A stretch of DNA of 64,000 nt from an uncultured Bacteroides sp. (GCA_964644355.1 CAZXUW010000002.1:41254-105253); one strand, 5' to 3'. Shown: positions 8,299 to 19,115, numbered from the stretch's first letter. Notes: generated by a model not told the origin, from the letters alone. Numbers and translations: made by a program.

Positions 8299-9417
8299 AT
8301 GTTCATTTCAACACTATCTATGATGGAAGGTCACAGCATGGCTGGCTACATCATCCTGCTTGCACTTGGCATTTTGCTTGTCATCAAAGGCGGAGATTGG
8401 TTTGTTGATGCCGCAAGCTGGATTGCGGAAGTGTCCGGCATCCCATCCTTTATCATCGGTGCAACCATCGTGAGCGTTGCAACCACTCTGCCCGAAATTT
8501 TGGTGTCTAGCATATCCGCAGCACAAGGGCAAGCGAGCATGGCAATCGGCAATGCAGTGGGATCTGTCAACTGCAACATCGCTCTGATTATGGCAACTTC
8601 CATTGTGTTTACCGCACCAATCTTCAACCGCAAGAATTACGCAGTGAAAATGTGCATACTTCTTGGCACAATCGCACTTTTGTGGGGCTTGAGCTCAAAC
8701 GGAGAATTTACTTGGTGGAACGCAGTTTTGGTGCTTGCAATGTTTGTCATCTTCCTTGTTGAAAACATCTTGAGTGCAAAAAAGCATGCCAACCTTCTTG
8801 AAGCCGAGCAAGCAAACATTGTTAAGGAGCAAAAGGAGTACGGCAACGGCATTCTCCGCTACTTCTTTGACAAGAAAGAGGCTCAAAAAATCGTGCTTAA
8901 AAAAACAGGTATGGTGATTGAACGCAAAGATATTGCCAAAAACATCATTCTCTTTGTTGTCGGTGCAGGTGCAATCTTCTGCGGAGCACAGCTTATGAGT
9001 GACAACGGTGCTGAATTTGCTCGTGCACTCAATGTGCCGGAAGGCATCATTGGCGTCACGATTTTGGCAGTGGGCACATCCCTTCCGGAATTTGTGACGG
9101 CAATCACGGCTATCATCAAGAAAAAATCCGACCTGTCTGTTGGCAACATCATCGGTGCAAACATCATTGACCTTTCTTTGATTTTGCCACTTTGCACGTT
9201 TATCCAATTTGGCAAAACAGGCACATTCCTCCCAGTGGACGCTCAATCACTTACAATTGATATGCCATTCTGCGTTGCCGTATGCGGATTCTCTCTCATC
9301 CCTGCATTTATCATGGGCAAGTTCAAAAAATGGCAAGGAGCAATCATGCTCGCAGGATATGTCACCTACGTTGTGCTTCTTGTTCTCAACACAATCGGCA
9401 CAATCTCAATCTTCTAA
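8299..9417 (+). CDS. CaCA-family cation/Ca2+ antiporter (YrbG-like)
   Basis: Two alpha-repeat signatures (GNAVGSVNCNIAL and GNIIGANIIDLSL) in a roughly 10-TM protein. Start set at ATG 8299 (AGAGAGGAAA upstream); ATG 8338 is an alternative. Confidence 0.85.
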   Translation: MFISTLSMMEGHSMAGYIILLALGILLVIKGGDWFVDAASWIAEVSGIPSFIIGATIVSVATTLPEILVSSISAAQGQASMAIGNAVGSVNCNIALIMATSIVFTAPIFNRKNYAVKMCILLGTIALLWGLSSNGEFTWWNAVLVLAMFVIFLVENILSAKKHANLLEAEQANIVKEQKEYGNGILRYFFDKKEAQKIVLKKTGMVIERKDIAKNIILFVVGAGAIFCGAQLMSDNGAEFARALNVPEGIIGVTILAVGTSLPEFVTAITAIIKKKSDLSVGNIIGANIIDLSLILPLCTFIQFGKTGTFLPVDAQSLTIDMPFCVAVCGFSLIPAFIMGKFKKWQGAIMLAGYVTYVVLLVLNTIGTISIF

Positions 9418-9438
9418 AAACCTATTATAAACATAAAA

Positions 9439-9465
9439 AACGGACTCAAACGAGTTCGTTTTTTT
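9439..9465 (+). terminator. intrinsic terminator of the antiporter gene
   Basis: AACGGACTC-aaac-GAGTTCGTT followed by TTTTT. Confidence 0.75.
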
Positions 9466-9776
9466 ATATCGTTTTTGCAAATAATACCGTTTGCTTCCAC
9501 GCAATTCCGATTGCGGTGACTATGCACATGCTTTGCAATTGCCGTGATTACCATATTCATTTGCTACAAAAAAAGCACCCCAAATCACGTAAAACCCTTA
9601 AAAAACCGCACTGAAAATCCCACGAAATCTACGTGATATAACGTTGAAATCACGCTAATATATCTCAATAAACGTACGATAAAAACGGCGTAAATTTACG
9701 CAAATACAATAATTATCTATCACAAAACAAATATCAAAAGTCTTAAAAAACCATATATAATCCACGCAAAAACCAC

Positions 9777-9808
9777 GCAAAAACGGCACCGAAATCGGTG
9801 CCGTTTTG
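9777..9808 (-). terminator. intrinsic terminator ending the protease-opp-GLUG gene block
   Basis: Perfect 9-bp stem ACGGCACCG-aaat-CGGTGCCGT, with a U run on the minus-strand transcript (and TTTT on plus). Confidence 0.8.
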
Positions 9809-9820
9809 GATTGCTTGAGA

Positions 9821-12800
9821 TTATTCTCTTATCAAGATATAGTCTGATAGGTCAACGGATTCAAGGATGAATGCTTTGTCTCCTGCCTCGTTCACAAACT
9901 CGTTTCTATTGCCTGTTGGCGTGGTGATCACAACTTTGGATGCACTGCGTGCATACGTGCTGTAATTTGTGAAGATGAGATAATCATATCCGCTTCCGTC
10001 CACTCTTTCAAAATAGCCATAGTAACGGACTGACGGTTCTGCATCATCCTCATCGGTTGTGTACAAATTGCTGATTGTGTACATTGCAAGTGCTTCAGGA
10101 TTCTTGCCCGTGCCGTCAAACGTATATACTTGTGAATGACGCTTGTCATTTGTCCAGTTTCCTGTCAAATCGTCAAACTCTGTCATATAGCTGTAGTTCC
10201 ATAGATCATTGTCAAAGTCGTTGTCATAGTTGAACCAGTTGAGGTGTTGAGAGATGACAAACAAGCCATCTTTGATTTGCACAACGTAAAGATCCATGCT
10301 CTCGTTGACTGTCCAGACAAGATACTCGTTGTCAACAAGCGTGAAGCTTGCCGTGAAATTGTCAGACTTGTCGTTGATGACGAGCGGAACAACGCCCTCA
10401 AGCACTTTGTCATAGTTCATTGTGCCGATGACAACGTGATTGTCAAAGGATGTCTCGAGTGCCCATTTGCCAGTGAATTGTGTCTTTTCACCAAGAACGT
10501 GTTGTGTTCCGTTGAGTGTCAAAACGTAATTTCTTGAGCCGACTTCGCCTACGATATTGATTTCACCGACCTTTGTCTCTCCACTGTACACGTCAACACT
10601 TCCGTCGTCGTTGAGCTTGTAGATATAATTTGTCGGCGTGCCATTGAGTGTCGCTGTAAGTGTACCCTCTATAGCACCTCTACCATCAAAATAGAACACG
10701 TTGCCATCCTTGTCGAGGAAGGTCTTTTTGCCAAACTCATCCTTTCTTATAAGCTCAACATCCTTTCCGCTCTCGGAAATCTTGATGACGTTGCGCCCTT
10801 CGTCCATTGAGATGTAGTAGATGTTGCCCTCGTATGTGAAACTGCCATCGAGCGAGAACTCGTCTAGACGATAATTGACCGTTGTGCCGTTTATCGCAAT
10901 CGTACCATTGAGCGACACGTCACCCAAAATCGTATAAACTCCGTAGCCGTTGAAGTCCACTGCGTTGAATGTGCCGTCTGCGCTTATCCATTCACCCTTG
11001 TACTCGTCAACTCTGTACAATCTAACGTTGATCATATCCGAGATTGTCAAGGAGTAAATACTGCCTTGCAACCTTCCACTATTCTCATTGTATGCCACGC
11101 TTCCAAAATACTCGCCTTGATAGAACAACACGATGCTTCCTTCAATCAGCATATCAGGAGCATACGTAAGGTCGTAGATTTCATTGCGGACTCTGCCGTT
11201 GGTGGTGGTCACAAAGCGAATTTGCGCATTGCCGTAGCCGTCTTTGCTGATGCCTTTAAGCTCAATGATAATGCCATTATCGGCTGTCATCCACAAGCCG
11301 TAATTGCCATCAACACCGCCATAGACGTATTGAGAATTGCCTGAAACGATGTTGACAAAGCCATCGTTTATGGAAGCAACCGCACCGTTGTTCAACACAA
11401 GTTTGCCTTGATCGATTGTGTAAGTACCCTCTTGTGAGTCAATAAGCTTGTTGTACATCTCACCGCCCGAGATAACGTATCCGTAGTGAGTGTATTTCCA
11501 GTTGCCAGCACCGTCAAATTCCATATACTTTTGCGACAATGAGGAGATTTCCCATTTGCCGCGATATGCATCGGTCAACGTGACGTTGTTGGAGTCTATC
11601 GTTTCAACGACGCCCTTGTTGACAGAACCGCCAATTTCGCTTCCGTCAACGGAAATGCTGATTGTTTGTCCGCTTATTGTATAAGTAAATTCGGTTGGAA
11701 CACCACTCTCATAAACTCTGCCGTTGCCGTTTGCAAAGAACTCGTAAATGATTGTATCTGCTCCATCTTTATAATAGTAACTGCCAATAATTGTGTTTTC
11801 TGCCTTAAAAACCTTGAGCGGTTTTTCTCTTGAGACAAGCTCGATAACTTCGTTTTGTTCAATATCCGAATAGAGTCCGCCATAGAGGTCGAATCCATAG
11901 GATGCTTTGACAGCTTTGTATTCATAGCTTTGATAATTTGCGATATCTCCTTCGCCATAGTAGCGAGCAAATTTCGCATTGTCAAAGACAACATACTCAC
12001 CGTTGTAAACAAATGAACCCTTGTGTGAACCGAATCTATCGACGCACTCATACGTTCCGTCAACGTTGAGGATAAGTTCAACCGTATCGTTGTTGCTATC
12101 TTCATAATCGGAGTCAGGCAAAACGTAATAGGTGCCTGCAACGTCGTTATTGTTTGCAAAACCGACGTAGAGAGTGATATCTCTCATCGGAATGAATCCG
12201 CAAGATACCGGCACTTTGAGATCCTTGTCGAAGAAGTAGCCGTAAGACACGTAGCCGTCTGTGCTGTATATAACGGACGGAAGACCTTGCAAATTGGACT
12301 CCTCAGAGAAGAAATACACGTTATACCAATAGTTCATAGACTCGTATTGGTCGGCAAATGTTGCAGAATAATTTTTGTTACCGTCAACGTCAGTCCTTCC
12401 GCCAAAGTCGAGAGTTACGGTATATTGATAATGTTGCTCGATTTGGTTATCGTCATCCGTTGTGCTGTTTACACCGTTTACAACAGGATATTTGCCGTCC
12501 TCGAAAATCCAGTCTATTTCATGCCAACCAAGAACGCTCTTGATTGTTGCGGTCTTTGTGAAGTCAAGAGTTTCGCTCTTGCCTCCCTCAACGTAATGGC
12601 AGTTGAACACACCTGCATTCTTTGCACTGTACATGCCGTCTTCTAGCTTCTCAACTCTTGCAACTATCTCACCTGTGTGAGCGTAAGATTCGCCAGCCAC
12701 TGCATATGCAGAGATAGAACCCGTTGCAAAGCTGTCTGCGATGACACTGTCAAGCTGAGCCATACCCACAAGACCGCCTGCATAAGCATGGCAATACGTC

Positions 12801-14029
12801 TCTGTAGATTCAGAAGTGTAGGACATGTGAGATTGTGCGTGAATATCACAAAGTGAATAACATGCCGACATCGAGGTGTAGTTGCTGAGCCAACCAACTA
12901 TTCCGCCCGCGTGGAAAGCACCCGAGATTTTGCCGGATGTATAGCAGTTTGTAAGTGTGGTTGCGATTGTGTCGTCGTCTGAATAGACGTAACCTGCAAT
13001 ACCGCCCGCTGCGTAAGTCGTGCCGTTGCTACAACCAATGTCGATATTGTTTGCCGAGCAGTAGCTGACTTTTGAATAGTATGGATATTGGAAGGAGCGT
13101 TGAAGTCCTATAATACCGCCTGCGTATGAGAAGTAGTTTACGTCACCCATGACGTCAAGCGTGCCGTTGATTGCTTCGCAAAGCACCAAATTCGCACCAA
13201 ATCCTTGACCTACAAAGGAACCACAGGTAACTGTTGTGCCATTGTTTACGGCAGTGATGGTATAATCGGACAATTTCAAATTGAATATCGTTCCGCCTGT
13301 AAAGCCGAGGGTATCGTAATAGTTCGACTGAACAATACCAAACAAACCTACATAATCTTTTCCGTTGGAATTGATTTTGAAGTTTGAAATGGTGTGTCCG
13401 CCACCATTGAGATAACCGCCGAAGAATGCATAATTGTTGTTGCCGTCACCGATTATTTCAAGCTCGTTGCCTCTCAAATCAATGTCGTTTTCAAGCACAT
13501 AGTAGCCAAGAACGCTCATTGTGGAATTTTCAGCACCCGAGTTGATCACTTCAGCCATCTTGATAAGGTCGATAGGCTTTGAAATGATAAACGGGTTATC
13601 GGACGCACCTGTTCCCGTGCTGAGAAGTTGAGATTCCGCCTTTGCTATTCCCTCAATGCTAATAGTCGTATTCTTTGAAACGGTTGTCTCGCAAGAATAG
13701 GTGTACGTCTCCTCGTCATATTCGAGAGTCTTTTCCCTAGTGTTAACTTTTACGATAGGTTCACCCTCATAAAAGACGTCCACTGTAAACTCAAACATGA
13801 CAGACTCGCCCTTATTCACCTTTGTGGGATTTGAAGAAGAATAATGCACGCCGTCCACTTCCTCATAAGTTATTGTGCACTCCTCAACCTCACCGGATGG
13901 ATCACCTGAACCGCCACCGTCAGGGGAGACCGGATCGGTGTCATCTTTAGGATCGCATGCACAAAAGATTATTGACAGCGACAGTATCAATATAAGAGTT
14001 GCTATCACAAAAAATCTGTTCTTTTTCAT
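9821..14029 (-). CDS. large surface protein with GLUG-motif repeats
   Basis: Signal peptide ends in IIFCAC. Repeated GGIIGL, GGIAGY, GGIVGW and GGLVGM blocks are spaced like GLUG motifs, followed by a long beta-rich C-terminus. ATG 14029 has GGAG 6 nt upstream; the ORF-track start is a TTG. Confidence 0.8.
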   Translation of the reverse strand: MKKNRFFVIATLILILSLSIIFCACDPKDDTDPVSPDGGGSGDPSGEVEECTITYEEVDGVHYSSSNPTKVNKGESVMFEFTVDVFYEGEPIVKVNTREKTLEYDEETYTYSCETTVSKNTTISIEGIAKAESQLLSTGTGASDNPFIISKPIDLIKMAEVINSGAENSTMSVLGYYVLENDIDLRGNELEIIGDGNNNYAFFGGYLNGGGHTISNFKINSNGKDYVGLFGIVQSNYYDTLGFTGGTIFNLKLSDYTITAVNNGTTVTCGSFVGQGFGANLVLCEAINGTLDVMGDVNYFSYAGGIIGLQRSFQYPYYSKVSYCSANNIDIGCSNGTTYAAGGIAGYVYSDDDTIATTLTNCYTSGKISGAFHAGGIVGWLSNYTSMSACYSLCDIHAQSHMSYTSESTETYCHAYAGGLVGMAQLDSVIADSFATGSISAYAVAGESYAHTGEIVARVEKLEDGMYSAKNAGVFNCHYVEGGKSETLDFTKTATIKSVLGWHEIDWIFEDGKYPVVNGVNSTTDDDNQIEQHYQYTVTLDFGGRTDVDGNKNYSATFADQYESMNYWYNVYFFSEESNLQGLPSVIYSTDGYVSYGYFFDKDLKVPVSCGFIPMRDITLYVGFANNNDVAGTYYVLPDSDYEDSNNDTVELILNVDGTYECVDRFGSHKGSFVYNGEYVVFDNAKFARYYGEGDIANYQSYEYKAVKASYGFDLYGGLYSDIEQNEVIELVSREKPLKVFKAENTIIGSYYYKDGADTIIYEFFANGNGRVYESGVPTEFTYTISGQTISISVDGSEIGGSVNKGVVETIDSNNVTLTDAYRGKWEISSLSQKYMEFDGAGNWKYTHYGYVISGGEMYNKLIDSQEGTYTIDQGKLVLNNGAVASINDGFVNIVSGNSQYVYGGVDGNYGLWMTADNGIIIELKGISKDGYGNAQIRFVTTTNGRVRNEIYDLTYAPDMLIEGSIVLFYQGEYFGSVAYNENSGRLQGSIYSLTISDMINVRLYRVDEYKGEWISADGTFNAVDFNGYGVYTILGDVSLNGTIAINGTTVNYRLDEFSLDGSFTYEGNIYYISMDEGRNVIKISESGKDVELIRKDEFGKKTFLDKDGNVFYFDGRGAIEGTLTATLNGTPTNYIYKLNDDGSVDVYSGETKVGEINIVGEVGSRNYVLTLNGTQHVLGEKTQFTGKWALETSFDNHVVIGTMNYDKVLEGVVPLVINDKSDNFTASFTLVDNEYLVWTVNESMDLYVVQIKDGLFVISQHLNWFNYDNDFDNDLWNYSYMTEFDDLTGNWTNDKRHSQVYTFDGTGKNPEALAMYTISNLYTTDEDDAEPSVRYYGYFERVDGSGYDYLIFTNYSTYARSASKVVITTPTGNRNEFVNEAGDKAFILESVDLSDYILIRE

Positions 14030-14048
14030 AACGTTCTCCAAATAATAT

Positions 14049-14303
14049 TCAATGTAGCCACACGTATGCTATAGCAAAAACCAACACAAAAACCAACAGC
14101 ACCACCACGACAAACGGCAAGAGTGCTTTGATTGCACCTTTCATCACCGCACGGCGTTCTCCTCTGGTCAATTTGATATGTTCTTGCTTTGACGATTGAC
14201 TCTTTTTCTTTGACGGATTGTACCATTTGAACCCATCAATATTCATATCGGCAATCGTAGTTTCGGTGTCTAATTCAACCTTTTCTTTTTTTTCTTTTGC
14301 CAT
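14049..14303 (-). CDS. small single-pass membrane protein
   Basis: 84 aa, MAKEKKEK...LLPFVVVVLLVFVLVFAIAYVWLH. Its ATG shares one base with the oppF stop (TAATG), suggesting translational coupling. Confidence 0.55.
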   Translation of the reverse strand: MAKEKKEKVELDTETTIADMNIDGFKWYNPSKKKSQSSKQEHIKLTRGERRAVMKGAIKALLPFVVVVLLVFVLVFAIAYVWLH

Positions 14304-15520
14304 TATTTTGTTTCTTGCTCTTGTTGCTCGCAATTTTCCTTGCTACGCTCGATTTGCTCATTGAAACGTGCATTCATTTCCTCTGTGTTATAGAGGTGGC
14401 AGGAACAGAAATGTCCCTCCTCAACTTCTCTATATTCAGGTTCGATGTGCTTGCACACCTCCATACAGCTTCCGCAACGTGTGTGGAATCTACATCCCGA
14501 AGGCGGATTGACCGGAGACGGGATGTCACCCTCAAGAATGATTCGCTTCATCTTGACGTGCGGATCAGGAACGGGAACTGCGGAAAACAGTGCTTTTGTA
14601 TAAGGATGCAGAGTATTTTTGAATATCTTATCCTTTGATGCAAATTCCACCATTTTGCCAAGGTACATAACTCCAATATCGTCCGAAATGTGTTTTACAA
14701 CGGAAATATCGTGAGTGATGAACAAGTATGAAAGCCCCAATTGGTCTTGCAAGTCCTTGAGCATATTGATGACCTGTGCTTGAATGGACACGTCAAGTGC
14801 ACTCACAGGCTCGTCGCACACAACAAAATCAGGCTTGAGAGCAAGTGCTCTTGCGATACAAATTCTTTGACGCTGACCGCCTGAAAACTCGTGAGGATAA
14901 CGCTCGTAATAATGCGGTTGCAATCCGCACATCTTCATGACTGAAAGCACGTATTCACGATAGTGAGCCTTGTCCACGATGCCGTGCTCGAGAGCCGCCT
15001 CGCCGATAATCTCGCCCACTCTCATTCTCGGAGAAAGGCTTGCGTACGGATCTTGGAATATCATCTGCATTTGAGGACGATATTTTTCAAAATCTCTATT
15101 GCTGATTTTGGATACGTCCTTGCCCTTGAAATAAATATCTCCGCCTGTTATGTCGTAAAGGCGCAAAAGCGTTCTGCCCATAGTTGTTTTACCGCAACCG
15201 GACTCACCCACAATGCCGAGGGTTTTGCCCTTTTCAAGCGTAAAGGAAACGCCGTCCACCGCTCTTAGGAACTTGGTTGGCTTTCCAAAGAAGTTCTTTT
15301 CGGCAACAAAGTACTTTTTCAAGTCTTTGACAACAAGAAGCGGAGCTTCTTGCTCATCGACGTTTTCTAATTGCTCATTTTGACTTTCGGCAACTTCTTG
15401 CGGAGCACCGCACTCGATTGTGCTATCGACGGCATCTTGTTGATTTTCGTTCAAATCAACTTCGTCGGCAATGGTTTGAGCATTTGTGTCTGTCATATTA
15501 ATTTCACGTTTATCTGCCAT
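14303..15520 (-). CDS. oppF: oligopeptide ABC transporter ATP-binding protein OppF with an acidic N-terminal extension
   Basis: Walker [10 protein letters not shown], signature FSGGQRQR, Walker B VVCDEP, and a C-terminal oligopeptide-type Cys motif. Start ATG 15520 with AGGAGAGGG. Confidence 0.9.
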   Translation of the reverse strand: MADKREINMTDTNAQTIADEVDLNENQQDAVDSTIECGAPQEVAESQNEQLENVDEQEAPLLVVKDLKKYFVAEKNFFGKPTKFLRAVDGVSFTLEKGKTLGIVGESGCGKTTMGRTLLRLYDITGGDIYFKGKDVSKISNRDFEKYRPQMQMIFQDPYASLSPRMRVGEIIGEAALEHGIVDKAHYREYVLSVMKMCGLQPHYYERYPHEFSGGQRQRICIARALALKPDFVVCDEPVSALDVSIQAQVINMLKDLQDQLGLSYLFITHDISVVKHISDDIGVMYLGKMVEFASKDKIFKNTLHPYTKALFSAVPVPDPHVKMKRIILEGDIPSPVNPPSGCRFHTRCGSCMEVCKHIEPEYREVEEGHFCSCHLYNTEEMNARFNEQIERSKENCEQQEQETK

Positions 15521-15533
15521 TATCCCTCTCCTC

Positions 15534-16799
15534 TTAGCCTTCGTACAGGTAGCAAGCAACCTTGTGAGTGTCTGTTACGCTGACAAGTTCGGGATATGCA
15601 CCTGCACACTTCTTCATGCACTTTTCACAGCGGTCACGGAAGTAGCAATAATCGGGCATATCAACGGGATTTGGAACAAATCCGGGGATGCAATAAAGCT
15701 CTTTGCCCTCGTCGTCGTTGACGGTAGGTTTGCTCTTTTGCAGACCTTTTGTATACGGATGAAGCGGACGATCGAATATATCCTCCGTCGTGCCCATCTC
15801 GATGATTTTGCCAGCGTACATAACCACCACATAATCCGCCATTTCCGCAACAACGCCAAGATCGTGCGTGATGAGCAAAATGCTGCTGTCGTTATGCTCT
15901 TTGATATCTCTAAGCAAATCCAAAATTTGAGCTTGAATGGTGACGTCCAAAGCCGTTGTAGGCTCGTCTGCGACGATAAGTTTAGGATTGCAGATGAGTG
16001 CCATTGCAATCATAACTCTCTGTCTCATACCGCCTGAAAGCTCGTGCGGATACTTTTTGTACACGCCTTCTGCATCGGCAATACCGACACGCTCAAGCAT
16101 TTGGATGCTTCTCTCTTTGATTTTGTTTTTCGGCAAATCTGCAATGTGAAGTTTTGACACTTCATCAAGCTGATTGCCCACTGTAAAGACGGGATTGAGC
16201 GAAGTCATCGGCTCTTGGAATATCATAGCGATTTCTCTGCCTCTTATGGTACGCATTGCGTCTGTGGGCATTTTTGCTATGTCGTAAACTTTCTCCTCCA
16301 TCTCAAAGAGAGTTCCGCCGATTTCGTTTTTCGCTTTGATTGGCTTGCCTTTTTCGTCAAGTTTGACGCTTCCGTCCTCATTGAGCTCATACACGGGAAT
16401 TTTCTTTCCGCTAGCGTCACGCTTAAATGCGTTTGTGCGGAAGCGGATAGAGCCTTCAACAATCTGACCTGACGGACCTTGCACAAGTTGCATAAGTGAA
16501 AGTGACGTGACACTCTTTCCGCAACCGGACTCGCCCACGACGCCAACAGTGCTTCCCATAGGCACCGAGAAGGTGACGCCGTTGACGGATTTGACCGTGC
16601 CTGCATCCGTAAAGAAATATGTTTTCAACCCGTCAAATTCCACGAGGCTGTTGGGATCTTTCATCTCTGTGACGTAGTCTTTTTCGTGGATTTTGCGTTT
16701 TTTCTGCTTTTCATAGTATTGAATTTTCGCACGGTTTTCTTTCGCTATTCTGCGAGAATCCTTTGCGGAAATGTAATGAGAATTGTTATTCTTTGCCAT
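15534..16799 (-). CDS. oppD: oligopeptide ABC transporter ATP-binding protein OppD with a basic N-terminal extension and an internal insertion
   Basis: GESGCGKSV, LSGGMRQR and IVADEPTTALD motifs. A ~50-aa insertion sits between Walker A and the Q-loop. Confidence 0.9.
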   Translation of the reverse strand: MAKNNNSHYISAKDSRRIAKENRAKIQYYEKQKKRKIHEKDYVTEMKDPNSLVEFDGLKTYFFTDAGTVKSVNGVTFSVPMGSTVGVVGESGCGKSVTSLSLMQLVQGPSGQIVEGSIRFRTNAFKRDASGKKIPVYELNEDGSVKLDEKGKPIKAKNEIGGTLFEMEEKVYDIAKMPTDAMRTIRGREIAMIFQEPMTSLNPVFTVGNQLDEVSKLHIADLPKNKIKERSIQMLERVGIADAEGVYKKYPHELSGGMRQRVMIAMALICNPKLIVADEPTTALDVTIQAQILDLLRDIKEHNDSSILLITHDLGVVAEMADYVVVMYAGKIIEMGTTEDIFDRPLHPYTKGLQKSKPTVNDDEGKELYCIPGFVPNPVDMPDYCYFRDRCEKCMKKCAGAYPELVSVTDTHKVACYLYEG

Positions 16800-16802
16800 A
16801 TC

Positions 16803-17966
16803 TTACCTCTTCGCCTTAGGATCGAATGCGTCACGCAAGCCGTCACCGACAAAGTTGAACGCAAGAATTGCAAGCGTTATGCACACACCTGCCGGCACCC
16901 AGAAGTTGGGATAGTTATAAAGATAATCACTCTTTGATGCATATTGAATCATACCACCCCAAGTTGCGCTGTTGAGCGGTGCACCAAGTCCCAAGAAGCC
17001 GAGCGTGGCCTCTGTGAGGATGATGCTACCCAAACCGAGCGTCATTGAAACAATGAGCTGTGGCAACACGTTTGGAATGAGATGGTTGAATATCTTTCTC
17101 TTGGTTGAAAGACCCGTGCACTTTGCAGCAAGCATAAACTCTTGCTCTCTCAAGGAGAGGATCTGACCTCTGACTATACGAGCGGTGCCTGCCCAACCCA
17201 TAAGAGTCAAGATGCCCATCATATAGTACAATCTTTCAATGCCGTCAACGCCCAAAGACTCGAACATTGCGGACAAAATAAGCATGATCGGCAGTTGCGG
17301 AATGCAGTAGATGATATCAACAATACGCATGATGAGGTTGTCCACCCATTTGCCGAAATAGCCTGCCAAACCGCCCAAAATGACGCCGATAAGCGTTTCT
17401 AGCAATACAACAACAAAGCCTATTGTGAGCGAAACACGTCCGCCGTACATAAGTCTTGTGAATAGATCTTGACCATGCTCGTCTGTGCCGAGCCAGTGAT
17501 CAGCGGTCATATCGCTCTTGGTGTTGTCCGAACGTGGCAAAGACGTGATGTAATAGCAAACGTATTCCTCACCGTCAACAACATAAGTGATTGCCGTTTC
17601 AACAACGCTTGGACTTCCTTGACTCTCGTCTTTCGTATCCTCTTCATATGGAGAGAACACAGGACCTAGGAAGGAGAAAATGAACAGTATAACAAGTATC
17701 ACAAGTCCGATAACCGAAAGTTTTGAGCGGAAGAAACGCTTGAGCACCGTCATGCCCGGAGATAACACCTTGACACGATCATTGAGGTTTTCACCGTGCA
17801 ACTCGTCGTATGATTCTTCCTTTGCAAGCTCTGAGCCTGTGTTTTCAAGCTCGCTCTCGATTGCGGTTGCATCGTTTTCCATATCTTGCACATCGGACGG
17901 TTGAGTTTGAAGCTTATATTCGTCTTGAGGCAAATCTTGACGATTTTTCTTGAAATTGAACATCAT
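16803..17966 (-). CDS. oppC: oligopeptide ABC transporter permease OppC
   Basis: BPD-transporter permease core with an EAA-like loop and a ~70-aa acidic N-terminal extension. ATG 17966 has AAGGAGG 6 nt upstream. Confidence 0.9.
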   Translation of the reverse strand: MMFNFKKNRQDLPQDEYKLQTQPSDVQDMENDATAIESELENTGSELAKEESYDELHGENLNDRVKVLSPGMTVLKRFFRSKLSVIGLVILVILFIFSFLGPVFSPYEEDTKDESQGSPSVVETAITYVVDGEEYVCYYITSLPRSDNTKSDMTADHWLGTDEHGQDLFTRLMYGGRVSLTIGFVVVLLETLIGVILGGLAGYFGKWVDNLIMRIVDIIYCIPQLPIMLILSAMFESLGVDGIERLYYMMGILTLMGWAGTARIVRGQILSLREQEFMLAAKCTGLSTKRKIFNHLIPNVLPQLIVSMTLGLGSIILTEATLGFLGLGAPLNSATWGGMIQYASKSDYLYNYPNFWVPAGVCITLAILAFNFVGDGLRDAFDPKAKR

Positions 17967-17976
17967 ACTCCCCTCC

Positions 17977-19074
17977 TTAGTCACCGAGTTTGACTCGTGG
18001 ATCGACCACGGCGTACATGACGTCGGTCAACAATATACCGATGATAGTCAACATTGCTATGAACATGTTGTATGCCATGATGAACGGAACGTCACCCGCT
18101 TGCAACGCTTGATATGCGATGTTGCCTATGCCCGGCAAGTCGAAAATTTGTTCTGTGATCATTGCTCCGCCAAAGAGTCCCGGCAAAATACCTGCAAGTG
18201 TTGTGACAAGCGGAATGAGCGTGTTGCGGAAAACGTGTTTGTAAATAACGGAGTTTTCAGATGCACCCTTCGCTCTTGCCGTGCGGATATAGTCTGCATT
18301 GAGCACTTCCAAAGTGTTGGTTCGTGTATATCTCATGAGTGAACCAACCGAGAGAATTGTAAGCACCGCAACGGGAAGCACCAAGTGCCATGCCTGATCC
18401 AACAAGGTGGGCAACGTACCGTTTGGACTTTCAAGACCGCTTACGGGGAACCAACGCAAGTCAACCGCAAACCACTTGATAAGCAAACTTCCAAAGAAGA
18501 ATGAGGGGAATGAAATGCCTATCATGGTGAGAATTGTGGTGATATAGTCAAGTTTGCCGTATTGATGGTATGCACTCTGTATGCCCAAGGGTATTGCAAT
18601 GATAAGTTGCAAAACGAGGGATATGAGTGACACAAGGAAGGAAACTCCCATATTGTCCAAAATGACTTCCTCAACCGGTCTTTGATATTTGAATGAAGTG
18701 CCCATATCGCCCTTCATAAAGTTGCCAATCCAATTGATATAACCTGCGACAACGCTTCTTATTGCAACGGATGCACTTGAAAATTGTCTTGGTGTACCGT
18801 CATTGTTAAGCTCGATTTCGCCATCTCTGAACACGTTGTTCCAAAGATCGCTATAACCTCTCTCTTGTGCCTTGTCTATATCCTCCAAATTGTATCGGAT
18901 ATAAAACTCTCTCAATTCTTCATCACTGACTTCACCCGTTTGCCCCTTTGAAGCATAGTATTTTTGTTCAACAAAGCTTACAGGCATAACACGAACTAGC
19001 GTGTACAATATGATTGACACACAAAAGAGGATTAGAATCGCAAGTAATAATCTTTTAATTATGTATTTTACCAT
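17977..19074 (-). CDS. oppB: oligopeptide ABC transporter permease OppB
   Basis: MVKYIIKRLL N-terminus and a DppB/OppB-type permease core, with a large extracytoplasmic insertion after TM1. Confidence 0.9.
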   Translation of the reverse strand: MVKYIIKRLLLAILILFCVSIILYTLVRVMPVSFVEQKYYASKGQTGEVSDEELREFYIRYNLEDIDKAQERGYSDLWNNVFRDGEIELNNDGTPRQFSSASVAIRSVVAGYINWIGNFMKGDMGTSFKYQRPVEEVILDNMGVSFLVSLISLVLQLIIAIPLGIQSAYHQYGKLDYITTILTMIGISFPSFFFGSLLIKWFAVDLRWFPVSGLESPNGTLPTLLDQAWHLVLPVAVLTILSVGSLMRYTRTNTLEVLNADYIRTARAKGASENSVIYKHVFRNTLIPLVTTLAGILPGLFGGAMITEQIFDLPGIGNIAYQALQAGDVPFIMAYNMFIAMLTIIGILLTDVMYAVVDPRVKLGD

Positions 19075-19115
19075 TTGTTAATCCTTTGAATGGAATTGCT
19101 TTCTTTTCGTGCCAT

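Noticed and set aside
9282-9614. 110-aa plus-strand ORF spanning the antiporter 3-prime end and the downstream spacer
   Set aside because: It overlaps the antiporter in another frame, crosses its terminator and has no RBS.
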